Below are positions 1 to 11,420 of a DNA stretch of 64,000 bases, one piece after another. Position 1 is the first letter of the stretch. Each line of letters starts with the position of its first letter. A program made the translations under genes and the position numbers. The stretch comes from Phoronis australis (Eukaryota; Animalia; Phoronida). Under the pieces are notes generated by a model. The model ran no database searches. It was given only the letters and a program-made list of their open reading frames with translations, and was not told the DNA's origin. Location of the stretch: the NCBI GenBank assembly GCA_002633005.1, contig NMRA01000394.1:223256-287255 (forward strand), in the 5' to 3' direction.

Positions 1-1094
1 TCGGCATGATGACATGGGGTAGAAACAATCAAAAATGAGACTACGTTAAAATTTAAACAACACAAGCATTCATCGAAGACGGAAAATTTTGCGAATTATA
101 GAAACTAATGTTCTCGGTGGTTTTATAAGGAGACGAAAGAGGTTTCTGGGGTAAAGTGATGTCGGGGTTGGGTTGCTACTGGCGTCGACCGGAGTGCAGG
201 AGGAGGAAAAGTTGTTGTCGACTGGAGGGCGGCAAAACTGGTGTTGAACTCGAGGGAAAGCTTGGTGGGGGCGGAGTTGAACCTGAAGTCGACAGGGGAA
301 GATTGAGTTCATATTTTTTACTCTCTCCCATTACCACGCAGGTTAAATATAAATTATGCAAATACAGTAATTCAATTTCGAATTTGGCAGAAATAAACAA
401 AAAGAAATGAATGTTTTTTTTTCTAAGCGCCAACTACATAGAGTTGTTAAATGCGCCGCAAGATAATTAGGTCATTCGCAAAAATCCCGTCTAAATCCTA
501 CTTCACAATGGATCCATAATAACAACAATACCTGGTATATAAAACAGAACAGCGAAAACCACAGCTTGTCTCGTCCAGCACAACATCTCAAAGCCGAGTG
601 CCGACGACGTACTCATTAGTAAATTATATTTAGGATTCCGAACAATCGATTTCTCATGGGAAACGAGAAATCACAACCAGGTAACGGCACTTACTTTGCT
701 ACTAACAATTGTATGTCTTTCCAATTGCATGTTGCCTGTGTCAATTGGAAATTTGTCACACAGGAAACCGTTTAACATTACAATATCATGCTGTCATTGA
801 TGTATCATGGAAGCTATTAACGAAGGATGTAGCCAAGTTCAACAGCATATCAGGTATATTTACGTCAGCATATTTATCGACAAGATACGTTTTGTTATCT
901 GTATTTATGAAAGTGCAATTAAAATATTATGAATAAGATCACCGACCGTAGTTGAAACATTCATCAATACAGGAAAGCATCAACTATTGAACAACGAAGA
1001 CCAGTCACGAAAATGTTGGCAACAGGGTAGGGTTGGAATGAGTGGCAATCTGGGTCACTTGCAATTTATATCAGTTTCGACCTGAGGGAGGACT

Positions 1095-1187
1095 CATCCA
1101 TCATCAGAATCATCATCATCGACATAATTATCATCGTCATCATCATCACCATCCACCATCATAACCAATCACCATCGACATCGTCGT
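1095..1187. repeat. Degenerate (CAT/CAC)n microsatellite
   Basis: Direct reading: catcatcagaatcatcatcatcgac...catcatcaccatccaccatc. Confidence 0.8.
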
Positions 1188-1776
1188 AAAATTTAAAATG
1201 AATTTTCCACAACAGATTGAAATACAATAAATAAAATTCGAAATTAAACATATGTTGGTATCAAAAGATAATGATCTAAGACAAGACAAGATATACATGT
1301 AAATAAAGGAAAAGGGAAAATGACGATATCAAATATATTACATTTACATTAGGAATAATGTTGCAACGTACTGGATACTTGCATGCCACTCAAATTGTTA
1401 ATTCCAGTCAATCAAAGGGCGGGAAAATGAAAACTTTAATATCGTCCACAACATCGGCTCACAAACATCGGTTGCTTATGAAAGCCTTAAGGTAACGTGT
1501 TAGCGAGTTTGGTGCTCTGACACTGCGGACGTGAAATGTAAAAGTATGAGTTAGACCTCACGATGGGCAGAATGCACGTACGAGAATACACATTAACATT
1601 CACATTCCTAATTGTATAACAAATATTTCGTTCTTTACATCTGCTTTGATATAGGCTAAAAGTAAAATACGTGGAACATATGTTGGTGACAGCACAGGGG
1701 CTTTTGACTTCCAGAAATTGGACCTCCCCGACATAACCTGCATACCGGGATTGTCTGTAGATAATCCCACCCGACG

Positions 1777-1833
1777 AAACGCTCATGGGTGTTTATCGAA
1801 AAAATTTTGCCGAATAAACACCCATGGGCGTTT
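1777..1833. repeat. Inverted repeat (20-bp arms, 1 mismatch), probably part of a Tc1/pogo-type MITE relic (~1744..1893)
   Basis: AAACGCTCATGGGTGTTTAT (1777-1796) pairs with ATAAACACCCATGGGCGTTT (1814-1833). A related GGGCATTTATTCG lies at ~1874. Confidence 0.6.
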
Positions 1834-2338
1834 AATTGGTGTTAAACTTCTGGTGTCAAGTGTCCAGATTGTGGGGCATTTATTCGGAAAATGGACTCTT
1901 AAAATGCCCACTCAGCGTCAACTTTTTGTCACATATTAAATTTTGTGGACCATCTACCATTTATAAAAATAAATAAGATGTTGGTGAACTATGGATTTAT
2001 TAACATAAAATTTAAAAACACAGTTTTAAGTAAAAAATATCAAAGTCAGCAAAGTCACGACTTTCAGTTTGCACGCTTCCTTTTCCAAATAAACGTCCAG
2101 TCTTTATTTGGTATTACTAAAAATTTAAATTTTCTGAATACACGGACATTCCCGGTACCCATCGCTGAATATGACTTTACGTGATGTAAGCCTAGAAAAT
2201 GCCGAAATAATTATGCATGGGTGTCGCACATTACTTAGGTACATGAGTTCATATAGATATTCAAATTCACTCGAATTACAGTTGTATAGACAATAGTGCC
2301 ATTCTAAATATAAATATATACACAAAATCTACAGAGAG

Positions 2339-2451
2339 TGGCGTTGATGAATTAATATCCCACCAGACATTACTCCGCGTATCGACCGAGACCGAAGGCA
2401 GAGGTCGATACGCGGAGTAATGTCGGCTGGGATATTACTACATCTACGCCA
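2339..2451. repeat. Long hairpin repeat (perfect 22-bp inner arms, ~49-bp imperfect arms) with a second degenerate partial copy at ~13845..13975
   Basis: GACATTACTCCGCGTATCGACC (2366-2387) pairs with GGTCGATACGCGGAGTAATGTC (2403-2424). The loop is GAGACCGAAGGCAGA. The right arm and downstream AGGTA(C/T)GTTTTGTATTTAT recur at 13845-13915. Confidence 0.85.
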
Positions 2452-2913
2452 ATCGAGGTACGTTTTGTATTTATCCAATACGCAACAAATTCCAAAGTTT
2501 CTTTCATTTTTTCGCCAGATTTTTCAAATACCCACTCGAGACTGTTCACGTGGCGGATCACATCCTATACGTGTTTACTTGCGCACTAGGTTGCAAGTTT
2601 TCTCTAGAAAAAGAAACAGTTTTAAATGTAATTATTCATTACTTGAATACAGATAACCAAGATGAAAGCAACGGTAACTGCGCATTGAATTTGTAACGTC
2701 CCCTGAAAATAGTTATATAATAACAATATTTCATATTGTAGTTACCGCGGAATCGGCGCCTGTGTTGCAGACGACTATGTAGCAATTGAAAACTGAGACA
2801 GAACTGTCATATAATTAACAATCCTGTTCCGGATGTTACGATTGAGACCCGATTGCGTGTTGAGTGTTACTCACACTGTTAAAATTGCATTACTTTAAAT
2901 TATTTTCCGAAAG

Positions 2914-3081
2914 GTTGATGATCGAACCGGCTATCGACGTCGAGTCGACATTCACCCACCTTATGAACTTTCCATGACAGAGGTCGCTGCTGAAGTAGTG
3001 CGGCAGGTGAATACGGAAAACATTATTACATGGCCGTATATCCCTCGACTGATTCAACGCGTATGGGATAAACAACATTAA
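2914..3081 (+). CDS. Candidate terminal coding exon of an unidentified gene entering from the left (VDDRTGYRRRVDIHPPYELSMTEVAAEVVRQVNTENIITWPYIPRLIQRVWDKQH*)
   Basis: Pyrimidine tract with AG at 2912-2913, 55 open codons, TAA, and AATAAA at 3318. A candidate upstream exon lies at 634..680 (TAG|...CAG|GTAA). No family recognised. Confidence 0.33.
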   Translation, partial: VDDRTGYRRRVDIHPPYELSMTEVAAEVVRQVNTENIITWPYIPRLIQRVWDKQH

Positions 3082-5326
3082 TACACCGCACATGCCTTGA
3101 TGATCAAGACCAAGAAGTATCATATCTCAAATACACAAATATAAAGGACACTTATTTTTCTCTGTTGCCTTCACCATCATGCCCTTGAACAACCCAACTA
3201 TAAATTAACTTTGAACTACACTTCACGTATCTGTCTGAAAAACACCAATAGTGGGTCACATTCCCCTGTATAAGAGTTTCACTGCAGTGCTAGAGTTTGT
3301 TTTACGTAGTGATGAAGAATAAACAGATAAACATGAAGTCAAACATCCCTTCCAAAATTAGACCGCTTCTGTCCCTGGTCCATAACCGGGTCTTTAAATG
3401 TTAAAACTAATGTTATTGTTGCAAGAGCTTGAGATGTCCCAGTGGGTCAGGCTTGATTGGTGCAATTCCAACTAGCATATTAAGGTATAGACAATATGAA
3501 AACAGCTTTAAGTAAAAGGTAGTGATTCGTCTGCACAGTGTTCGCTTCATGTGTGCGGAATTGTTCCGATATACCGTACACGATTTCACAGTGCTACGAA
3601 GTTACATTAATTATAGTAAAAATACCTTGATCTGCAGAAAAAAACGAAATATCAATTTCTCCCGAGCCCAAAAGTCATTTCAAAACTGAGCAAAAACCCG
3701 TTAAGAACAATTATTTCGGTGTATGTGGTCTAAATAAATGCTTGGTTTTGTCTTAATAAGATGCTCGATTTTAAAAGGGCACTCCATGACGTGTTGATTG
3801 GAGGAATGCGTTCGCTAACGGCTTGATCAGCTACATGCAAGGTGTGCATCAGTGACTGTCACATTCCATGCATTCCACGTTGGCGTAAAATCTTCATCTT
3901 AGCAAAGCTTATTTTTTCACTTAATGTGAAAATTAGGTGCGAGGTGCGTAAACGCGACCGGCGGTCCTCTTTGAATGGATTAACTTTGTCAAGTGAATGT
4001 GGCCAACCGGATATGCTCCAACAACATGACCATCAGCCGCTGAGAGCCAGCGTTAGGTGACATTTTAAAAGTTTGTGGTATGTTACCTCTTACCCAGTGA
4101 CTAGTAGATCAATGCCCAAGCGACCAATGCACTGTCTGACAGCACTCAGGATGACACTAGCCAAGTAATAAGTTCGACTAAAATTGGTGAATAAAGATCG
4201 CACATATCAACAAAAACAATTGTAAGTATTCCTCGTGTTTGAAGGTGGTTGTTTTCATGCATAATGTTGAAACTTAGGCATAGTTGAGAAACACAGCAAA
4301 GATAGGAATTTGTGGACGAAAATAAATGTTTATTTCGCTTCGCATAGAACTTTTACAAATTTTTGGCATACGCTTGTAACTATTGATTGCTGCACGGCAT
4401 GTATGTCCCAATCGATGCGAGTTCATCACGCACAGTGGTTTCATTGATAGATATACTTTGAGATGTCGATACAGTTTTGCCATTTCCGAAACTTGGTTTT
4501 TCTCCCAAAAGGTGTCGCTTGCATGTTTCAGGTTTCTGGTCCTGAGCAAAGATCAGTTCACTGCAAAACATTAGCTTGCACTTAGGCGAAAAAAATTCAC
4601 TTCTGAGTCGGAAACATTGAATTATTCAATCTCACAACACCACACCCCATCTTCACCGACCAATCTCTATACGTTAGCCAAGCCTCAGACCACAATCGTG
4701 AGGCACTGTCTCTCTTTTCACTCGGGCGATTTTGCGAGGTCTATCGACAGCTCGGTTCCTGTTTTTGATGCCAGTGTATACATTTACCTCATTCACATAT
4801 GAATGAACAATATAATTACAGTGTGATTGCGATGCCCTTATTACCTTTTGTTACATGCTGACATTCAACTAAATATGAGCTGGAATTACTGCACACGTTC
4901 GTTACTAAGAATTAAATTTGATCACTAGTTTAAATGTCAAAAAATACTTTTAATTTTGACTTTCCTTTATAGTCACTGAAGCACATTATCTAAACCGGGA
5001 GTTTGTGCATGTAGTCACGTGGCGGGAACTTATTTTTAACAATTTTTGCTCGAAAGTTGCAAATTGAGTTAGTTCGCTTTGTGGGTTTGCTGTGAGGATT
5101 TTTAGACTTTTTAGTCAGACAAAATGGATGCCAGAATGAAACGGCTTACAAAATTTCCACCGAATTGTTAATTTTCATTTTGGCTGTAGATTTTTTAAAA
5201 TTTATTAAAAGTAAAATTTTAGGGATTAACGTAAGACACTGAAGAAATGTCCAAATTTGGCTACATTCAAAAGTGATATCTCAAAAATAGCTGATCGGAT
5301 TGATACATGTATGAATCTTTCAGATG

Positions 5327-5423
5327 TCGTGGTTTATGCTGTGGTCTCATATACGATATTGTGGTCTATGCAGTGTTATCCTATGCGATATCGTGGTCTA
5401 TGTAGTGTTATCCTATGCGATGT
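5327..5423. repeat. 32-bp minisatellite, ~3 copies
   Basis: Units begin at 5327, 5359 and 5391, consensus TCGTGGTCTATGCAGTGTTATCCTATGCGATA. Confidence 0.85.
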
Positions 5424-7483
5424 CAGAAATTGTTTTATGAGTGCTCCACTTTTGCACGAGGTGCTATAAATCAGGACTTGCACGATTTTCAGAAAAACAA
5501 TGCACGAAATGAAAACGAAATAATAACAGTAACAACGTCTTCGAGATTTCATCTTGATCATTAATATCATTTGAAATTCGGTTATGGTATTGATACTTTT
5601 GTCTTGCTACCAGTGAACATTTTTTCGCTAATTTTTATAAAAATATGTGATCATATCAAAGACAGATTGTCAAAAATGTACAGGATTTCCACTTTGATAA
5701 AATAAATTCTTTTACTGGTTTAAAATAAATTATCTTGTAGACATTTGGATTGTACAGACACGTCGATAAGGTCTTACAAAACCTTAAAAATCCATACACC
5801 CGGTTGTAGTTGACTAAAAACGAAAAAGTCGAATTAGGAGCAATTTTGACACCTATAAAATAGGTCTCGTAATATTCTTCACTGTGTGAGAAGGTTCCGT
5901 TTCTGTTACCAAGTATAATCTCATGCCTTAGAGTTTATCGTGTCGGTCAAACCTAAAATTGGGGATTTGAAAACAGCGCACGTCGCAAAGCCTGAGACTT
6001 GAGTTACCGAGTCATTTGTCAATCATTCAAGACCGAATGAGCACGTAAATGTTTTTGAACCCAAAGCGCTTCAGTTAAGATTTAGACATTGACAGCATTC
6101 TTGTTTATAAGTGATTATTTATTATTTAGACCTCTCTGGTAATTAATTTTGCATGTGGTGTTTTAATTTTTCTTGCATTTTGAAGTGGTTTGTGTGACCT
6201 ATAGTAACCTGGGTCAGAGATTGGTGCCTTCGCTAAGTTTTAAACAATTTGTCTAAATATTAGTTTCACGCAAACACCAATCTTTGTAATACACTATATT
6301 GGCAAAAACTGACTCAGCCGTATGCGTACGTGTATCCGCGAATGAAGAGAAAGACTAAGTACGCGTAAGAGCGGCCAGGAAATTTATTTGCCGTGATAAC
6401 TTATTTTCCGTGATACAGGCAATTTTCCAATATTGTTGCAACAGAGTAATAATAGAATTCCCACGAATAGTGACAATGTGTACTGTATTGGGATGGTTTA
6501 CAACCACGGAATAGCTTTCGAAAATACATGGCGTCTCGAAATGCATGCAGCCCATGCCATTGCTCAGAATTCTTCCGATATTGATGGTCTTGTTTTATAA
6601 TAGAGAGGCGGCCATCGAAACCAGTAATCGTTAATCAAAATGTCTTTGACGACGGAAGAGTGGTATTATTTTTGGCATTATCTATCTAGAATGAGTTAAA
6701 GACGAGACTTTTGCACGAAGTTCAACTTTAACAGATGTGTTCGGAAAAGCCATAGTCATTGTTGGGTTTCAAAATTATGGTTAAAAACGGAAAGCAACCT
6801 TAACAAGTAATAAGGAAGGCCAACATTACGCAAGATCTTAACTGTACCATTTTTGGACAATGTGGGTGTAATAGGTAGGCCAAACGTTTTCCGTAAAAGA
6901 TAACCTAGAGCTAGACGCGACCGCAACAAGATCAATTTATAAATATTGCGATTAGCACACACTTGTGTAGCCGTGATAAAATGTTCTTACCAGCAGAAGT
7001 GTGTTTACAGTATTACCGACGCACCGAAATTATACCATCATGTATTGTTGCCTCATTTCCATGAGCAAAGCATGTCATAAAAACAACAAAAGTTAAATTG
7101 ATAGTCAGGCAATACCATAAATTTAAGTGGGTTATAAATGTTCCACCATCGATAGTGCTCAAACAGGATTTTATGCTCGAAAGGCAATAGCGTCATTCAC
7201 TGTCTAGTAAAGTATGAGCGTCAACGGTATTTTACGTCGGTAATGTAAAACTGTAATAGCCCCCACTCTTTCGGAATACATAGCTGTTGAACTTCTCTTC
7301 TTTTCCGTTATTCACACTGTACATTGAACTAGTTTTGGAACGTCGGGCACATTGTTACAGGTCATGTTGGAAATCGTCGAGGTGTATGGTCGTCGAAACG
7401 TTTCCGATTTCTGCCGTTTAAAAGCGCTGGAATTGAAAGGCATCTTCAAGAAAGGAGATTCTGTTCGATTCAAAATAAACCCT

Positions 7484-7649
7484 ACATTTACACTTCCTCC
7501 ATCACTCATTTCAGTTTGTTTGCGTAAAGCGCTACCTCTTGAAAGTTCGACCAGCCAATCAGACACGCCGGTGTAAAAAAATTCCCGAGGAAGATTAAAT
7601 GATACCTGCGTGTTCTCTGCCACCTAGCGACGCGCACTGAACCAGAGAG
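7484..7649 (+). mobile_element. Right-end fragment of the 9-bp-TSD element family seen at 39383 and 42447
   Basis: Shares CAGTTTGTTTGCGTAAAGCGCT, AGCCAATCAGA, CCCGAGGAA and GCCACCTAGCG...GAACCAG with 42858-43042. No left end found. Confidence 0.8.
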
Positions 7650-9334
7650 ATCAAGCAGATGCATGTGTAACCTCGTTTTTAAATCCGGTAGTCGGAAGTG
7701 TGCATGATTGTGATTATGGACTATTGATCATCTAGTTGGGTGCTTTTCGATTGTGCTTGTACCTAGGCAACCCCTCCAAGGCTCACAGCGAGTACAAGCA
7801 TTTTGACATAGGATCTAGCAATAACATGATTACTAGAAAAACAGCTGGATTTTGTAAAACTAGAAAATGATCGGCAAAAATTAACACCACTGAAAGACAA
7901 AAAGTACGAAAAACAACATTTGTTCTCACGAACTGACTTTGCAGATTGAGAAACTTTAATTGTAGCTGAAACGGTTCTAGTGACCCCGAATTCCTTTCTA
8001 AAACACTCATTTGAAAACAGTGTTGCCAAACTACGAATGCAATTTTTTTTCAGTTATCAACATTTATTATCAGTTACCAGAATTCAACATTAATTTTCAA
8101 AACCCAATATCACAATACGGGTACGGGGGGGCAGCTAGGGGTTGGTGACCGCCGTGCTCGATCCAGTTTCAAGTTGTATTGCTACAATGGTCCTGGATCC
8201 ACCTCTGTCTATAATTATTCGAGCTCTCTCAGATCTTGATTCGCAAAGAAAAACTTTGCAGGGACAGAAATCTTTTCGGAAGTGAGGATGTCAGAGTGGA
8301 AGTTGTGGTAGACTCACATTGTTCATCACTCCCCAGCTAAACTTGATTGCCGATGGATGGTAACTATTTCGGTAACAGGCCTTGGATGCCTACCCCGATC
8401 TAAATAACAACGATGAAGCATTAGAAACGGTATCTAGTAGTTGGCCGATGCCACCTAGCGGCTAATTTCATGGCAATCATCAACACCGTAGACCATATTG
8501 AAAGTGGTAATCAAAAACTATGAGAAATAATTATGCTTTCGTTGGGTTTAGCAAAGGTAGTAGTAACAGGAAAAATGAACCCGTGTTCCAAACTTATCTG
8601 ATTGATAAACTTTGGCAGAGCGATAAATATAGATAAACTTGGCCTTACAAGTTTACGTTCAATATGGAATTTTAGCCTGCCCAGTTAAGATAATATGAAG
8701 ATATATGTAGATCATTACATCCCCCGTAATCTAGAGCCCGAGTGGATTTTGGATAATTCTCCAAAATCTACGAAAGCTCTAGAAAAGGGGGATAACGATT
8801 GAGAAAATGTAATAATCTATTTATACCACATACTGAAAGAGGAACTTTGCAATTAATCGATCTACATGTACCTTTCTCGAATCGCCTCGGCTGTAACTAC
8901 TTTCTATGTCAGAGGTCCGGGGTCGGAGGTCGTGACCTTTTAAGAAATTCCGAGCTATTTTTGTCAAGTAATGCTTTATTCAAAACCAATTGAAAATTTA
9001 AACAAAAGGTTTAGCAACTATTATAGCTTACTACATATTTTATTACGCCAAGCTTCAACCGGGAAAATATCGTCTGCTAAAGTAGGTAACTGACTATAAT
9101 ACTCAAGTCAAAGGATCCCGACGACACGATACCGACATTCTAATTGGAGATCGTTGATTTACAAGAGAGAGAACACGAGACAAAAAAATCGCTGAATTAA
9201 AATATCGTTTTTATGGAAATTATGCGTCTTATTTTTCATAGCGTATAAATGTCGGTACAGTGCCTTTTGTTGAACATGCGATTGTTTCGCGTGCTCATTT
9301 AAGTATTCTATTTTCACTTTCGATGACGTCAGCT

Positions 9335-9403
9335 GCTGAGTGGTGTAGTGAGAAATTCGGCGACCTGAAACTCTTGAGGCCCGGGTTCGAAACCGGTCTC
9401 AGT
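9335..9403 (+). other. tRNA-like sequence (pseudo-tRNA or tRNA-derived SINE head) with Pol III A and B boxes
   Basis: A-box-like TGGTGTAGTGAG, B-box GGTTCGAAACC, termini GCTGAG/CTCAGT can pair, loop CTGAAAC. D and anticodon stems pair poorly, so it is unlikely to be a functional tRNA. Confidence 0.55.
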
Positions 9404-11350
9404 TTCCTATTCGACGCTAATATTGTGGTATAAAACAGCTTCATTCAAACCAGATTTTTTCCTGCCTTCACTTTTCTGTCCTTCACGCTATATCTTTGTA
9501 ATTACCTATGTGTGAAGCATTGTTATTTTGTTTCTGACCAACAGTCATTTACTTCCCAATGTTGATTTTTAGGAAAATTCTTACAGTGGCCATGAAAAGG
9601 GATAAAAATCGCCAGAAACTCGTACCATTATTTAGGCACACTTTGTCCTGAAAAATGAATCGGAGGTGGTGTCACACATTCAAAATCCACGCCAACGTAA
9701 TACATCGACAATTGTAATTACAAGAAAACGCAATATAACCATTACGCTACCGGCACCCTCCCTTGCGCCCGTCCCGTGACCTCAAGCCAGCTTACCCACT
9801 CGAGTAGACAATACAAGAGATCAAATCACTCACCTAGATGATATCTGAGAGAATATTCGCCCGAGAGGTGGCGCGCCCACACTACTACTGCCTTCTCCAG
9901 AGGAGTTGGAACCACTAAACACTACAATTTCATGTGGTGCCAGGCCGCCAGTTCGCGTGAGACTTTGCGTTAATGGATCTTAACGCTGGGCAAAAATTCA
10001 CTTTGACAGACGCAAACTCCATTTTAGTTTAAATATCTAACAGCTATGAAATTTATTTCAACTTGCTCCGTACACAAACGAGAAACGGTTTCTGAGCTTG
10101 ATGTTGGGACCTGTACTGTGTATGAATCGACCCGCCTTGACAAAGCAATTTTGCTAGTGCAAATGCATACCAATATCACCACTGTGAGTGGTGTAAATCA
10201 AAACACATTTTGACTGAAGGCGGGCTGAAATGAGATGTGATTGTAATTGATGAAGGCAAATTGGGCAATGGTAATCTTTGACCATTATACCATTATTATT
10301 TGTGTTCAACATCTGAACTACTTTTGGACTACGTATAGTTACAACAACTGTTCAGTCTCAGTTTTTATACAGTAACCAAACTGTAACATTACAGGATTAA
10401 GTAAAACAATATTATTTTGTTTTATGAGATACATAGTGGTATATACATGTAGACATTCTTGATAGCATTTTGAAAAGCTGCTCTGTTTTAATCAAAGTGG
10501 TGACAATGAGGGAATGTTAAACGCACTAGCGCGTTATGTCGACTTAACACCGAACACAAACCTTACTATTCATAGGCTATAAAAAACGTTAAACAGTTTA
10601 AATGTTTAGAAAATAAATGTGCCAACGATAATAGATTGAGAGGCAATAAAAATGCGAAACAATGGTAAATTTTAAGTCATAATAACAACTACCAGACGTT
10701 GAAAGACATGACGTAATTGTTGGCGGCGCTTACTGAAATCACAAGTGCAATATTACTATGTTTGCTTCATCAAATTGTTTTACATTAAAATTAGTTTTTT
10801 ATGTGAAAAATCGTAAATACAATGTGAAAATTCAGCGGAGTTTCAGGGGCACGCCTAAGCGAATGATTGGACAAATACGTTGTGCATGTACTGTTTGTAT
10901 AGCTTCGAATGATTTACGCCGAGAATGCCGACAGCGGATATCAGTTTTTCAAAAACAGCCTAATGATACTATATAAATAGAAAAAGGTAGGAATAATTGA
11001 CAAACTCTTCACTAAAGTTGTTCCTAATTACCGAACAGTGTAAACAGAACAATGCATTTTTAAACAAAAAATCTAAGAACTTGTGTAGGTTTATTCTTTT
11101 TGCCGCAGTTATTGATTTTTCTGGCGTAACACAAGGTTTATGGATCGGTATTGTTCGTTTGAGTCGTTTGGTTACGAACATTTGTAGTATTGACGCCTTG
11201 ACGGAGGCCTATTAAGACTTAAACGGACAATGGACAAGGTTGGACGTACTCGCTGGGATTTTGGTCAGTGGTACCAGTTTTGCTTCCCATAAAAATTAGC
11301 GTTGGGAACGCGTAAACTATTGCTCAGGCCGAATCCAGATAGGTATCGCC

Positions 11351-11420
11351 ATGAACCTGTTCTCTTCAACTTCTATTGGCCTCGTCTTGTGGTGGACTAT
11401 GTTAGCTGCTGTTTTTCAAG
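11351..11420 (+). CDS. nAChR exon 1 (signal peptide [23 protein letters not shown])
   Basis: GCC-ATG context, hydrophobic signal-like peptide and strong donor CAAG|GTAAGA. Phase 1 matches the phase required by exon 2 (G+AA = Glu). It lies 15.8 kb upstream of exon 2, so it is less certain than the other exons. Confidence 0.75.

Noticed and set aside
70-433. Proline/serine-rich overlapping minus ORFs
   Set aside because: Low complexity, needs a frameshift, no recognisable domain or convincing splice structure.
8124-8207. Third copy of the CAG(T/G)GGCGGAT MITE
   Set aside because: The right end CCTGGATCCACCTCTG fits, but the left TIR is very degenerate and there is no TSD.
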